A program made the translations under genes and the position numbers. From NCBI GenBank assembly GCA_043228905.1, contig JBHGNT010000001.1, positions 3,596,001 through 3,660,000 on the forward strand: a DNA stretch of 64,000 nt, written 5' to 3'. The first letter of the stretch is position 1. Every line of letters begins with the position of its first letter. Source of the stretch: Azolla caroliniana (lineage: Eukaryota > Plantae > Polypodiophyta). Below are positions 1 through 13,990 of this stretch, piece by piece. The notes beneath the pieces are model-generated. The model was not told where the DNA came from, did no database searches, and worked only from the letters and a program-made list of their open reading frames with translations.

Positions 1-714
1 TGAGGGATGTTTATACATATCCATTCTTTTTCAGGTCACATACATGCATATAGGAAAAGGAAATAATTTATATTTTATAAAGTTCTTTGTGGCCGATGAG
101 TCAAGATCTTTGACTGTTGCAGTTTGTTGTGGAATTATTAATAAATTTCTATAACAGCTGTTAACAGCTTTGATAACCATTTTTTTTATTATATGTTGGG
201 TTCTGTCTTAGAGTACATGCACGCATACAGAAAAAGAAATTAAATTAATTGTAACATCGCATTGTTCGGCATCTGGAATGTGAAATAAAATTTCTGCTGT
301 TGCAATGGTCACCTTTAATAAATTTCCGTTAACTCTTTATTATTTTTCAGATGATGGTGTATCAGTAGTTTGTTTATTTGCAATCCAAGGCCATTAGTTT
401 CATATTATTTATTATAATCCACCCAGATTATTTCTCTTTGACTTGTAAGCTGCATTTGTATGTCTGGATACTGTCCTTCCTCTCCATGTGATCAAACCTC
501 ATTTGTGGTTATGCTGTTCTTGAGAGTCCTTTGTATTGGTGTTGGCTACCTAAAAAGAGGCCAATTGCTGGAAATAGTAAAGCCACTCATCCTGTGATTG
601 ACGTAAATAAATTAGGAGCATATCTATAACGTCAAAAGGAATAAAGAAGTAGTTATGAGTATAAAGAAAAATTTGACTTAATCTAAATGGCTCATCTGTA
701 TTTTGTTTGTGCAG

Positions 715-3174
715 TTTCACTTTCAACAAAGCAAAGTTCGATCAGACATTCGGCTAAAAGATGGTAGGGCAAAGCCGATAGATGTTTTGTCAAAGAACCT
801 CAATCTTTCAGATGACTTTGATGTAGAAATCAACGAGCCTTACAAAATATACAAGGTGTGTTCACTGGCATTTGTATCCTAAGAGAGTGCTTATATATAT
901 ATATATATATATATGAGAAATGGATATTTTGCTGCATGAAATTATGAATAGCTGCACAACTTATAGGCGCTAACTGATTAGTGAAATAACATCGTGACAT
1001 TCTTGCTTTTGAATGTTTATAGGTTAAATAGCCATTACACATAAAATTCAAATTACTAATTTGTTGAACGTGAATTGCAGGGTTTGACAGTGAAAGAAAT
1101 GGAGGAATTGAGGCAAGACATTAAGATGCACTTGGATCTTGACCGAGCGACTCAAACACATATTGAATTTTGGGAGGTTAGTCAAAAGAAATCATTTTGC
1201 AAACATGCTTGATGTAGGGCTTGGAGGTGTGTCTATATGTATAGTTTGCTTATGTCTTTCCTGCTCCTATCAGGCAATGATGGTCGTGTGTAATTGGGAA
1301 ATTGCCGAAGCTTGTAAAAGGGATGCTGTTGATCGTGCTCGGGTTCGTGGTGAGGAGCCACCTCCAGAGTTAGTTGAAGAAATGGGGTTGCATGAAAGTG
1401 TGGAAGGAGAGGTGAAGAACCTGCTACAAGGAAAGACCTATAAGCAGCTGGAGGCCTTGCACTTACAAATTGAATCTGAGATGCAGTCTGGAACAGCCAA
1501 AGTGGTAGAATATTGGGAGGCAGTTCTTAAGAGATTGCATATTTTTAAAGCAAAGGTATGATCTGGCTAATCTAATTTAAAAGGTCAAGTTCCATTTGAT
1601 GCATTTTTTTCTCTACATTAAGTCACATGCTATTGTTTAGGCTCAATTGAAAGAAATCCACGCCGAGCTGCTACGGAAGCACTTGAACAGGTTTCAAAGG
1701 ATACAGGAAGAAGAAGAAGGAGATAAAAAAGAACCAGAAACATTACACAAGGAGGAGAGTCCTGAGCATGTTGTCGAGAGCCCGGAACAGGATGATGGTA
1801 TGTGTTTTCGTATGGTTTCATATGCTTTCGAATGTTCATTTAATATTGAGTATCATGTCTGATGATAGATCAAATGAAAATTTAATGCATTTTAGAACCA
1901 CATGCATACTCGCCAGAGCCTGTCTCAGCAGAAGAGGGAGATTTCGCAGAAGATGAGCCTGGTTCCTTGTCACCAGAACTTACTCGTACTACTGAAGGAG
2001 ACGAAGTTGTAGACCCCGAGGCTGACAAAGCTGAGTTAGTAAGTGATATAAGGAAGGATGATAAATACTTTTACTTTCAAATTCTATTAAACTGGCTTGC
2101 GAATGAATTTCAAATTCTGAATGTTGTTGATTCAATGTACATCTTTTCCAAACAGGATCGGAGGAGGGCTAAGGTGTTGGATGAGCAACATCGCAGATTA
2201 CAAGAGGCTGCTGCAGGCACAAATGCAGCAGATGATGATAATACAGAATTGACTGTTCATGAGCGAGAGCTTGTAATGAAGTCTATGGGTACTATGGATG
2301 AAGGGGATGCTATAATGGGGTCTGGTGCAGAGGTCAACCTTGAGTCACAGGTCAGTACAGAATAGGCGAAAATAAGAAAGATAATTAAACATGAAATATG
2401 TATTTTTTCAGTGAATCTAGTCAGAAGTATAGAGGTGTGCCAGTGTGAAGAAAAGCTGAGAACTAATGATATTGAGTTTAAATGATCTATCCAGAACTGC
2501 AGTTATAATGTTCAACATATGCATGTGTGTGCCTTTGTGTGCCCTATGCTTAATTCTTTACTTAACAATATGTCCTTTATGCAGGTTTACTGGTGGCATG
2601 ACAAATATCGACCGAGGAAACCAAAGTACTTTAACCGTGTGCATACAGGATATGAGTGGAACAAATACAATCAAACACACTACGATCATGATAACCCTCC
2701 ACCGAAAGTTGTCCAGGGGTACAAATTCAATGTATTCTATCCCGACCTGGTTGATAAAACCAAAGCTCCAGTCTACTTCATTGAGAGAGATGGAAGTAAT
2801 GGGGAGACTTGCATCATTCGTTTTCATGCGGGTCCACCATATGAAGATATTGTAAGTTGTCTTTACTATTTAAAAATTGGAATTCCTACTTTTAACTAGT
2901 ACCTGCTATGGTTCCTTCTTTTTATAGCCCATGAGTGTGCATCTCTGCATTTATATAACTATATATGTACACATTTTATCCTGCTTGAAAGGAATTGTCA
3001 TGTGCTAGATATTGTGTGATATTTCGGAATGTTGATTTCCATTTTGTTTTGTAGGCATTCCGTATTGTCAACAAGGAGTGGGAATACTCCCACAAGAAAG
3101 GTTTTAAATGTACATTTGAGAGGGGTATATTGCATGTGTACATCAATTTCAAAAGGTACAGATACCGTCGGTAA
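715..3174 (+). CDS. CACTIN: Cactin (spliceosome-associated factor), 3' part; 5' exons lie upstream of the window
   Basis: In-phase GT-AG exons: 715-855, 1081-1176, 1274-1555, 1641-1797, 1896-2038, 2156-2350, 2585-2851, 3055-3174 (TAA). They encode cactin mid-domain FHFQQSKVRSDIRLKDGRAKPID and C-terminal YWWHDKYRPRKPKYFNRVHTGYEWNKYNQTHYDHDNPPPKVVQGYKFN...FHAGPPYEDIAFRIVNKEWEYSHKKGFKCTFERGILHVYINFKRYRYRR*. Confidence 0.96.
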
Positions 3175-4028
3175 ACTGAGTCAGGTATCTGATGATACCA
3201 CTAACACCAATGAACTTCATATTATTGTAAAATATGATACCAAAGAACTAGAATTCACACTTCTTCAGCTGAGTGGGTCAGTTATTTACTACACTGTTGT
3301 TTAATCACCCCTTCATGAGCTCATAAGCTCTGCTTATTGTATGTGAAGTCTGGAAAAATGCCATTAGAAAGATGTGCAGGGGAGATAAAACATCGTATCA
3401 ATCACAAGTGTATCCTATGTTACTTGCATATGACCTATGGGAAAATGAACCTGTTAGCCACATGAATACTACAATCTAGCATATTCAGGTGATTGGATTT
3501 TGAATATATACAGCATCTCTATCTCTGTGGTGGTCAGTTTTGCTAAATGGTGATGTAAAGGTATCTATATCAGTAGATGCTACTCATCCAGGTACCACCA
3601 ACAGATTGACTAAGGAAGAAATTGGACATCTGTAAGGCATAATTTGTACATGTGTTGCATATGCATAGAGACGGCACTAGGATGGAATGCCTTCCAGATA
3701 TTAGCTCATGATAAATGACTTAAAAGAAATGAAAAGTGATTGCAATATAAACCAAGCATAATAATATGCTGTGCCTAATAACGTGTATGCCAAAAGTTTA
3801 TTCAGCATTTTTTTTAAAGATATTGGGTGGAGCCTCTATCTGATATTTTTTGTCTTTTAGGTTGCGTACTTGTTGCTTTATGATGGATCGTGTAGTCGAA
3901 ATTCTAGATATTCAAAATGCATGATTGATATAAATACATAAAGATTGAGATAAAGAGATTCTATGCTTGAATTCAGAGGGCCATTGCATCGTGTAATGTG
4001 TTTGAGCGATAACACACACACACACACA

Positions 4029-4061
<33 letters not shown>

Positions 4062-5614
4062 CATGGAATTGTTCTTTGATGTTTATTTCAAGAAAATATA
4101 GGGTGGAAATCTGTATCAACGTCATTGGCTGGTTTGTATTAATGGTGGTGCAATTTTGAGAGTTTCTTTGCAATTTTACATCTGAACCAAGCTATCCTGA
4201 TTCCATAAAAATTAATTTGTATTTGGTTTCTTCATTTTGAATTATTGTATATCGGATGAAATTTTGTTGATAATGACGGATTATTTTCCAAGTGGTAAAA
4301 AATGTTTGTTTTGCAAGTACTTCAATCAACACTTTACTCTCTCCCCCCATTGTGCCCCCACCTTTTTTTATTTCTATTTAAGCACTCTTAACTAGTTCTT
4401 GGTGGTGTGTGTTGTCTTTAAAAATGTCTGTTATCTTTAAAAACAAGGTAGCATCTGATGGAAGGGGGCCTGTATTATCTTGAAAAAAGAAACAAGAGGT
4501 AATCAGCCCATTTATTGGACTTCTAGAAAACTTGTGATGGTACATTGCAAGTTTAAGGCTCATTGTGCCAATCATGCAAAGGGCAGGTTCATGTAAAAGA
4601 TGTGCATGAGAGGTTGTGGTTGGTTCAATTCTTTGATGGATAAGCTTGGGTATTCTCCAAGTATATCAGTTACCAACATGATAATAAAAGATTCACATAT
4701 ATTATAGTGATCCAGTCACTATTGCCATCTAAACAATTTAAACATTATCCTCATTTTTTGTGCAACTTCTACTATAAATACTTTTTTAACTTCGTTAGTT
4801 TCTCCTAATTAGCATTTGGTGGAGGCAATGGCACGTTAGATGCAAAGCTATATTTGTTGGCCAAACTGTTAGTGTGTTTGAGTGGAGGAATAATGAGCAA
4901 AATATTGTTTTTCTCATGGGTAGCATGGGGCCAACTAAATGATTGTAAAACAACACTTCATCAAGAGATAATGATCTCAAGCTAAAATATAAAGATAATC
5001 TTTATAAATGACACGCTATCACTTTCTTATAAATCATTAGCATTGGCAATAAAGCAACAATATAGTGTGGAAATTAAAATGGTATAACGAATCTTATTAT
5101 TTTCACCCACAAAGTATATGAACATTTTTTATAATCAATATGTCTCATCTTTTCTTGTAATTAGGATTGCCTTGAGGCTTACAAGGCACACCACCTGGCA
5201 ATCTAACTGTTGTGCTCATATGCTAAAACATAATGCATTTTTAATAAAGACAAGTAATGGGAGCACATGTTACATGTTTTGTTAGAAGGTGAGGGTGCTT
5301 AGGGTTCTCACATAGGCGACTAATTGTCAAAGGCGATCCGATGCACCCAAATTGCAATCTCTTGTTTCCAATCCCTTAATGCGTGTGTGATAAGGGGAAT
5401 TTTACGGCAATCCACAGAGCTTGCTTTTTTTCGCCCCCGACTTGTTAGAAACATAAAAGATCACATAGCCTCAGCAAGTGTATGTACTCCTTCCTTATCT
5501 TAGCATCATGGTATGGCTTTCTGAGATGGCCTTTCCTTCATTTCAAACCCACGTTATATTATCGATCACTTGCTTCAAGAATACTCTGAAACCACCGTTA
5601 CTCATGCCGTCGAC

Positions 5615-8600
5615 ATGCTCCTGCAGTCGCAGAGCTTCTTCCGGCCTTCACCGCCATGTCCTGTGAGTACTACTCATTCCCAAGCTAATCCATTTCATCC
5701 ATGGTAGCTCTGTCCCATCACCTTGTCCTGTTTTGGTGTAGATCAAGAACCCTTGTTATATGAAATGGATGTGGGGAAGAAGAAGCATCGACACCCTGCC
5801 TTCGTCATGCTTTGTTCCTTTCCAAACAAGGCATGATTTTGTTCGCATAGCCACGTCTCTTGAGAATGGTGGACGTCCTCTTCTTTATCACCTACAGGCT
5901 GGCAAGGTTAGCGTCAATTTCTGTAATGTCGCTACTTTATCCATGTAAAAAAGGAAGATAATTTCACCCAATGTGTTTGAAATCGATTGGAAAATAAGAT
6001 TTTGTTGAAATGTTTCAATATGAGATGGACCTTCACATCAATTTGTTCGGAATGATTTATTAGCACCCAAAAGTAAAAAACTCTTCCTCACCTTTGGTGA
6101 TCATTATTCACAAAAGGCACTAAAATTTTTGTTGCACTTGGTAATATTTATTCAATAATTTCTTACAGCCAAAAGTAATAGCCTAAAATTGTTCAATTAT
6201 CCAAAGCTTAATACATGTCATGGAAACCTGTTGAAAATGTATAGAAAGTGATAAATCTTCCTCCAATTTTTTCTAAAGGATTTATAAGTTGCTAAAGCTT
6301 CCATTCAAATTTGTTTAAAAAATTCGTTTACACTGAAAGGGATTAAACTTCTAGCGATTTTTTTTAATATGTTTATTGCTAGTTATCTCTAGTTTAGAGA
6401 GATATTAGAGGTGTTTATATCGTGAATTTTAAATTTTGAAGCTGATTTACGAATAATGTGAGTGTAAATTGCACAAAAACAGTTTTTGTATTATGAACAT
6501 TGATCTGCACTTCCGATATTTACATTCACTATTTTAGAGGTATTTATAAATTCAGTCTCAAAATTTACAAGTGTTTCAAATTCCACTAGTGTAAGCCATA
6601 CTAAACCAGGGTTTTTCCAAATACATTATTCGAATAACCAGGGAACTGAACTACCAAAGGACCCCAAATTTGAAACCATCTAGAATTCTTGGAAGCATGC
6701 TAAATGACAGAACCGTTCTAGCATAAATAGGAAATGATAGTTGCTTGAAGAAATGGACTATCCTTGTCTGTATCACACGAGGCTGTGGTGAACGCATACC
6801 TTGTGTGTGCAAATTTTCTGTTGTAGGGCTGGTAAATCGATACAAATTTTCTGAGATTTGTGTAATGCAGGGTTATTGTAAAGCATAGTTGTAGAGTACT
6901 TAGCATAAAATACACGTAAAATACGTATGCTAATTATTCTGCCTTTTTTTTTGAATACTTAGGATATTTATTCTACAGATAAAATACGTTAAATACTTCT
7001 TAAAAATTTATTTAGAATATGTTAAAATCTCATTAAATACATAGAATACGTTGTGAAAGTTTTTAGAATGGAATTTCTAAAACATAGAAGAGGTGTAAAA
7101 TACTTCAGAGTATTCTGAAATGACTTCTAAACGTAAAATACACGTTTTCTAATACCCTATGTCCTATGAAGTGTTTCTTATTCCCTGAATCCATGATATC
7201 AGCATCCAAATTTCATCACATTGTTCCATTGCATGTCTTTAAGGATCGGATTCCAGATAACTATGCATCTACAGATAACAATTCCAGAAAAGAGGAGAGC
7301 AAAGACAAGTAAAGTATTGTTTTTTCTTTTTTCGGTAAATAAAATTGTAAGCATATCTAATGATTAGGTTGTCTGTATCCAGTATCATGGCTAAATTGAA
7401 GAGGTATGGAGTAGCAGGTGTCTTGTCGTATGGTCTCTTAAACACGGTCTACTATCTTGGAATGTTTCTATTCGCATGGTAAGCTTTATTTTGCTTCATG
7501 CATGAAAAACAAAACTAACCTTCACATTACAATAACATAAGCATGTGAACGTCTGTGCTGTAACGTTGTTCAGCACCCTTTTATCAAAAAAAAAATACAA
7601 CATAATAATAAACTCTGTCTTGTCTGACTAGGTTTTATGTCTCCCCAGTTTCTGCTGGCCTTGGCTATAGAGCTGCAGCTGAGAGGTAATGCTATCTCTT
7701 GGACTGTAAAAAGCCAAAGATTTATTCACCATCTTAGGTGATTTCAGGATGAAGAGTGGATTTTACTACTCAGCTTGAAAATTTGGTAGTACTTATTGGC
7801 AGGTTTATCAAATTATTTGCGTTGGTCTGGGCTGGTAGCCAGGTTACCAAAATACCTAGAGCTGGCTGGTATAGTCAATGGTTCTTCAGTTGATTTGACT
7901 GGAATGCTTAGTTTGTATGACAACAGTTAATGACAAACACCTGTAACCACTTGTTTGCAGTGCCCTTGCCCTTGCTCCAGCAATAGACAAGGGTCTCACT
8001 TTCTTCACAGATCATTACAAATTCAAATCTAGGGGTCAGGTATTTTTCAAACTTTTGTGTTTTAAACCCTAGGATTTTTTTTTGTAAGATGAACCAAATT
8101 GTAAATGTCTGGTGTTCATGTGGATGCATCTACATTACCCTTTTGGTGGAAAAAATACATTTTAGAACCCCTGAAATCTCCATGTTTGAAAAACATATGT
8201 TTCAGAACCCCTGCAATTTCCATGTATGCAAAATGCTCCCTTTCAAGTATGAAAAGTGTTTTTGTACATGTCGATATGCAATAATCCGTTTTTCCGATCT
8301 TATGTGGACAGTAAAGAAAATGAGACAAATAAGGATTTCATAGAAAAGGAGGGCACTCTCTCAGGCATCTTATAATCTCTTCTTCGTTAAGATTTATTAG
8401 CATAGCCTTACTAATAGGACATTGTTTGTTTTATGAAGAGCCTAGTTTGGAGCATTTTTTGTAAAACCTAAACTTAGAAATCTTATCTATTTATGAAATA
8501 CTGCTTTTGAATCAATAACAATACTCCATATTTGGTGTAGGAAACTAGCTGCATTATTTCATTTGTGTCTGTTGAAGCAATGATCTAATTGCAACTTCCA

Positions 8601-8814
8601 CCTCATTTGGATCCATCATTCAAAAAGCCTAGGAAAGTGTGCTTCACATTGTGCTTTGTATGTGATGCCACTTTTTCCTGTGTTGATTTACATGTTGTTA
8701 TAGAGATCTCAGACATGTTAGGTTTGTAATTTACAGGCCTTTGGGATTATTGTTGCTTCATGCGTTGGGCTTGCCTTGGTAGTTTTTGCTGTAATCACAT
8801 TTTTGTGGGCGTAA
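5615..8814 (+). CDS. Conserved plant membrane protein of unknown function with probable plastid transit peptide (resembles Arabidopsis At2g38695-type proteins, from memory)
   Basis: In-phase exons 5615-5662, 5742-5906, 7244-7308, 7383-7478, 7632-7685, 7803-7868, 7961-8039, 8737-8814. Product: MLLQSQSFFRPSPPCP...IMAKLKRYGVAGVLSYGLLNTVYYLGMFLFAWFYVSPVSAGLGYRAAAERFIKLFALVWAGSQVTKIPRAGCALALAPAIDKGLTFFTDHYKFKSRGQAFGIIVASCVGLALVVFAVITFLWA*. It has several hydrophobic segments. The first two exons are less certain. Confidence 0.85.
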
Positions 8815-10106
8815 AAGGCATCAGGAAAATGTGGCCGTGTCAATGGATTAGAGTGTTGTAGAAAACTCCACGTACAGCTTCTACATTGTTCTTTAAGTTT
8901 TTCATTTTGTACAGTGGTCAATTTTCTTATAGTTGGAGGGTGGATCCTGGATATTGAACTGCCATTACACTAGCGGAAGTGCAATCTGATCTTATTTGTG
9001 TAAAGGTTTTGATATGCAAGAACACTCAACATCACCAAAACGTCATTAATATTTTCGAGAAAAAAACTTGAGCATTTTTGCTAGATCATTCCCTTATTTT
9101 AATAAAAGAGCTCAATTTTGTTTTACAAAAACCATCCAATTATCTTTAATTATAAGAACATACCTATTAGTCATGTTGTATGTTGAACGTTTCAAAATTA
9201 GACTTATGAAACAATAGGTTGTTTCTTTAGAAAGGCAATTCATGATTAGAGAGAAAGTGTCTCGTGCTTTTAATTTAATAGAAGACTAACATTTGACAAC
9301 AATTGTTTTAATATAATGTGTTGTATAGATGAGGTAGATATATTCCTTTAGTTAATTATATTGATCATGGCATGCAACTAACAAAATGCATTGTTTCACA
9401 TGATTTAATATTGCGATTAAGTTTAAATGCAAATCTAGGAATGTTTGTGATAAAAATGTATTGTGGTGTCCAATGCAAGAATAGATGTGATAGCAGTTGT
9501 TTGTAATAATCATGGTAATGACGTGATTAGATGTACACATTATTACCCTAGAATGGTTGGAATACCAACTTGTTTTGTAATGACCATGGTATTGAAGAAA
9601 ATAAGTGCACATATTATCCAACCTATGTATACAACTTGATATGCACTATATGCCATGGAATGCATTCATGTAGTCTTATGAATACAACTTCATCATTAGG
9701 CAACACATTATGGAGTTAACATCCCCAAAAATTGATTGGAAACATTAGAGTTTGAGACATGGATTTTGATATGCATATTTTATTTCAACATCTAATTAAG
9801 TAGCAATAACATAATTAAGCATAGATATGACATCTACTAGCTAGCAACAATATTCAATATTCAATGTGGTGGTAGTTTACATGTTTAAATTTTGAATTAG
9901 GTACTTACCTGACGTAATTATCTTTGATGCGTTTGTCTTCAAGAAACAAACAACTAGTTGGTTACCTAATCTTCTATTTGGGTATCTAATCAACTTGGAA
10001 ATTGAGATAGGTGAACGTGAAGCTATTTATGGGACACATTATCAAAGCTAATGATAAACCGATAACAACAATTTGAGATAGGTCAACGTGAAGTTTGAAC
10101 CATTTT

Positions 10107-10142
<36 letters not shown>

Positions 10143-11185
10143 GTTAAATGTGAAAGTTAGTTGCAACTCTTGATGTTTAAGAACTTTACTAATGGATGTC
10201 AGAATCGAAAGTGTACACTGTGACTATGAGAGAAATTTGTGCAAGTATTGAATTTGGTTGAATATGTGTGAAGGGCATAGTAAGATGTGATTAAAGGTAG
10301 AGCATCATATGAAATTGTAATGCTCAAACTCTCTAACTTGTTTTGGGCAAAGCGTGCATGCGTGCATACTTGATTACTCTCATCATGTGGGCCCGAACAC
10401 CTTGTCTCACATAGTAGTCAGTGTGAGCTAAGTCACATGGTAGCAATGGTTTAGATGGTAGACATCAAGATTGGGTTCTAACATGTATTGGCGTGTTTGG
10501 TTTCCAGGTTCAGCGAACGCCGAAGAACATGGTTTTGTAACTAGGTGCAAAATAGGTAGTATACCGTGTGAAGCATAAGCCTCCGCAATGGTCTCATGTC
10601 ATGATACATTGGAGTTGCAAAAAGGCCTCATTCATAGAGGAATCTATTGTTTCATCATGAAGCAAGTATTTTCCACCCCATCCTCCAAGCCATTTTCCCA
10701 TACCTTTGTATCAATCAGAAGCACAAATGGGTCGAAAAGGTATTAATTGAGAACACAACACTTTTAAGTTCTCTATGATTGCACGTGTTCTCAAATGCAT
10801 AATACGCTCTCTTTCTTGGACATTAACATTCACATGGAGCTATATATATATAATGAATGGGAGAAGGAAAGTTCCTTACCAAATCAAATATATCCTCCAT
10901 ATGGGGATCCGCCCTCGAATAAAGCTTCTTATACATACATATGTACATGTACATGTACATGTGTGTGTGTGTGTGTCTCTCTCTCTACATATATTAATAT
11001 ATACAGAAAGCTGCAGCTCCTCTATTCTGGATCCCTTTTCTGCAAAAAAGAAAAGCAAAAGAAGAGGGAATTTCAGAGCTTATGTCTTTACTCTGTTCCC
11101 CTTCCCTCCCCAACTCTCTCAGCGCAGAGCTTCTCAGGTATGCCCACACACTCGTCCTGACTCACACTTGCATATACACATCTAG

Positions 11186-12376
11186 ATGGAAAATTGCACA
11201 CAAACAGTCCAATTTGCATCAGAAAGATGTGAATTACCTCACAATAGATCATGCCTTTTACCCCCTAGAAAAAGGCTTCTTGCGAGCCTCAAGGAGAGGC
11301 GGAACATTCCAAAGCGAGAAACATGTCCACCTTCTAGCCCTTGTGGAGGTGAGGGAGGAGATTTCGAGCCAAAAAAGAAAACATTGGAGGTGGCAATAAC
11401 AAGGAGTAGCTGTAAGCTGACAGAACCTACATCTAATCCTCATGAGAAGAGTCTTGTGGATTTGTGCTCTATGAAATGTTGTCATTGTGGTGATTCTGGA
11501 GTGCTTTTGCATCGAATCTCGGCCGGCCATGGAAGCTATCGATGTAGTACTTGCATTCTGGCCTCCAACAAACACATGTATTGCTTCCTTTGTTTGCAAG
11601 TTATCAAAGAAAACATACTATCACCATCATCGCTATCAACTCTATCGTTTATCTCCTGCCGTATTTGCGAACGCTATGGCCACCTCGATTGTGGCCGGAA
11701 AGTATGGTCTCCTTCTGCTCTTGATCGATCTGATCTTATTTTATGTGATGAATGTATTGCCAAAGATGATATTAATAGCCCTCCTGAGAGGGTGAAGAAG
11801 AAAGCCATTAATTCTATGTCTAAACAAAAGCTTAAAACTACAATGATTGACCAAGAAGTTGTGATTGCTGCTAGGATAGTGGCAGCCCTAGCAGAGAAGG
11901 AAGCTCACATGGCAAAAGCCAGAGCTATAGATATGGCCAGAGTTGCTGCAAGTGCAGCTATCCGAGCTAAGGTTGCGCTGGACAATGCATATGACCTAAA
12001 TCACATGCAAAGAGAGGAAGAAGGGGAAGCTGAAATTACTATGAGTGATGAACAAGAGAGAAGTATATCCAAAACCCATAACGGTTTAAAGAAAAGGGCA
12101 TTATCTTCAATTGTTGCATCAGAGATACTCTGTAAGGAGAGTAATGATAGCTATGAGGCGACCGTAAAATCAGTTAAAAGGAGGAAGTGGAAATGTTCTT
12201 CGGATCATATGGCCTGCTCTCCTCATCCTGTCATGAAAAATCAAGGCATTGCTTCGAGTGCTAAAAGGAGAAAATATGTGTCTTCAATTCCGACATGCTC
12301 AGTTGTCAAATACCAAGGGTCAAAAGTAACTGATTGTAAGTCTAAGAGCTCTAAAAAGCTGTTAAGGGTAACCTAG
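11186..12376 (+). CDS. Intronless PHD-like Cys/His zinc-finger protein with Ala-rich coiled coil (plant At1g09520/At3g17460-like family, from memory)
   Basis: 396-aa ORF. Contains CxxC pairs (CCHC, CSTC, CFLC, CRIC...HLDC, CDEC), an Ala-rich helix AARIVAALAEKEAHMAKARAIDMARVAASAAIRAKVALDNAY, basic NLS-like clusters and an N-terminal LLPPRKRLLASLK motif. Confidence 0.75.
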   Translation: MENCTQTVQFASERCELPHNRSCLLPPRKRLLASLKERRNIPKRETCPPSSPCGGEGGDFEPKKKTLEVAITRSSCKLTEPTSNPHEKSLVDLCSMKCCHCGDSGVLLHRISAGHGSYRCSTCILASNKHMYCFLCLQVIKENILSPSSLSTLSFISCRICERYGHLDCGRKVWSPSALDRSDLILCDECIAKDDINSPPERVKKKAINSMSKQKLKTTMIDQEVVIAARIVAALAEKEAHMAKARAIDMARVAASAAIRAKVALDNAYDLNHMQREEEGEAEITMSDEQERSISKTHNGLKKRALSSIVASEILCKESNDSYEATVKSVKRRKWKCSSDHMACSPHPVMKNQGIASSAKRRKYVSSIPTCSVVKYQGSKVTDCKSKSSKKLLRVT

Positions 12377-13941
12377 GGTCTTTCTTCTCTGGAGCCTTTG
12401 CCATAGGAAAGGGTGATAAGACATTATCGGATATTCCTTAGAGCTTCGACAATCAGGGAGCTACTCTTGGTACCTGAGTGATGTGAATGATTCATTTGCC
12501 GTTATCTGATTTGTCAGTTCTAGTGTGAATGCATCCATCCTGCTGTCTTCCGAAGCTCACATTTAAAGATCTTCCACTGTAAGTGGATGCAATCATTCAC
12601 AGCATGCAAATTATCGATGCACATTTCAGATCACCAATGGCCTTCTAATTGTGTCATTGAGGATTATTCTAACTCACTTTGATGATGACCCAAGAAAGAA
12701 GGCTATTTTAAATCCTTAACAGATTGATGGCTTCAAACATTGTGATGCATTCCAAGCGACCTATTAATACTGAAAAGATCTCTTAACAAATGTGGCACTC
12801 TCTTGATGTCAAGTGACGGTGTCCAGTAGGCATTTCTAGCCTTGCATTTGGCTTGTGGAATCATGATTGTTAACCCAACTTCCCAATTGTTGTCTTCTAT
12901 GATATCTATTTATAGAGTTTCCTGTAGTTCGTTTATCAAGTATATATACTGTTTGTACATCTATTCAGTTTAGGTTCCTACTCTCCATGGTTTACCAGGC
13001 ATTCCCTACAATATTAACTCTGAGCAATTATTGGATTGACATATATTTTCGTTGTAAATTGTCATAACTGTATTTCCTTGTGGTTGAAAAGAAGAGCTAT
13101 AATTTGTTCAAGAAATTGTGCATATAATTCTACATTATGTACCATTTTCTCTTGTTAAATTTTGATGATCCATCCTGCCATTGATGATCAAACATAGGAA
13201 GTCAAATTTTATTATGAAAGCTACAATTTTGCTTACATCGCATGTTCACTTTCTTACATCAACAAGCTTCATAAGCAATGCCATGAGTTGTTTAATTTCC
13301 TTCACCATGTGTTTTATTTTCTAGCCTTAGTAGCCGTTAGTTTTCGATGTGTCTTCTTATATAAATATATCTTTGTTATTGAATATACAATTATTCTTTC
13401 TAGTTCTTTAGAAACTGAAAGTGATTATCTATTGATACATATATTGATGTGTTAGTGTATCCAACATATTGGTAAGCATTTTGCAAGATTTCAATAATAC
13501 ATTTTAGCTATCCCCAATTATTTAAACTCAACTAGCGAGGCTATAAAAAGGAAATGTTAAGAACTTATGAGATCTTATTTAAAGCCTGAAAGTTGGTGTA
13601 AATGTTTTCTCGTCTGATATTTTGCGAAGGTAATATGCAACAGGTTTTAGGAGCCTCAAATCATATTCATACTTAGGGGCTTATTTCCATGGAGACATTT
13701 GTGAAGTGAAAATATATGTTATAGCTCTGGTAAAACATTTGTAAATGGACCATACTGAGTAAAACATTGAAAGAAGAGCACAAAATAATGAAATCAAACA
13801 CATTTGCAAAGCATTACTGCAAAATGTATGTGCCATTATAGAGATAGCTTAGATTCTAGGAATGTATCCAAAAAATGGCATATGCCACTCTAATTAGTTT
13901 CATTCATATGAATCCATTTGTAGTGAGTTCAACCTCTAATA

Positions 13942-13990
13942 TTGGTACAAGCTGACATGGAGGACTTAGATGTCATGTGCTCAAATCCCC
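13942..13990 (+). mobile_element. Degraded tRNA-derived SINE head, probably the same family as 36870-36942
   Basis: ttggtacaagctgacatggaggacttagatgtcatgtgctcaaatccc aligns by eye with ttggtaaggttgcccaatggagatcatgaggtcatgggttcaaccc at 36883-36928; B-box is decayed. Confidence 0.35.

Noticed and set aside
6869-7160. Possible MITE in intron 2 of the membrane-protein gene (cagggttattg...taatacccta, aaaatac repeats)
   Set aside because: TIR match is weak and no TSD was found.
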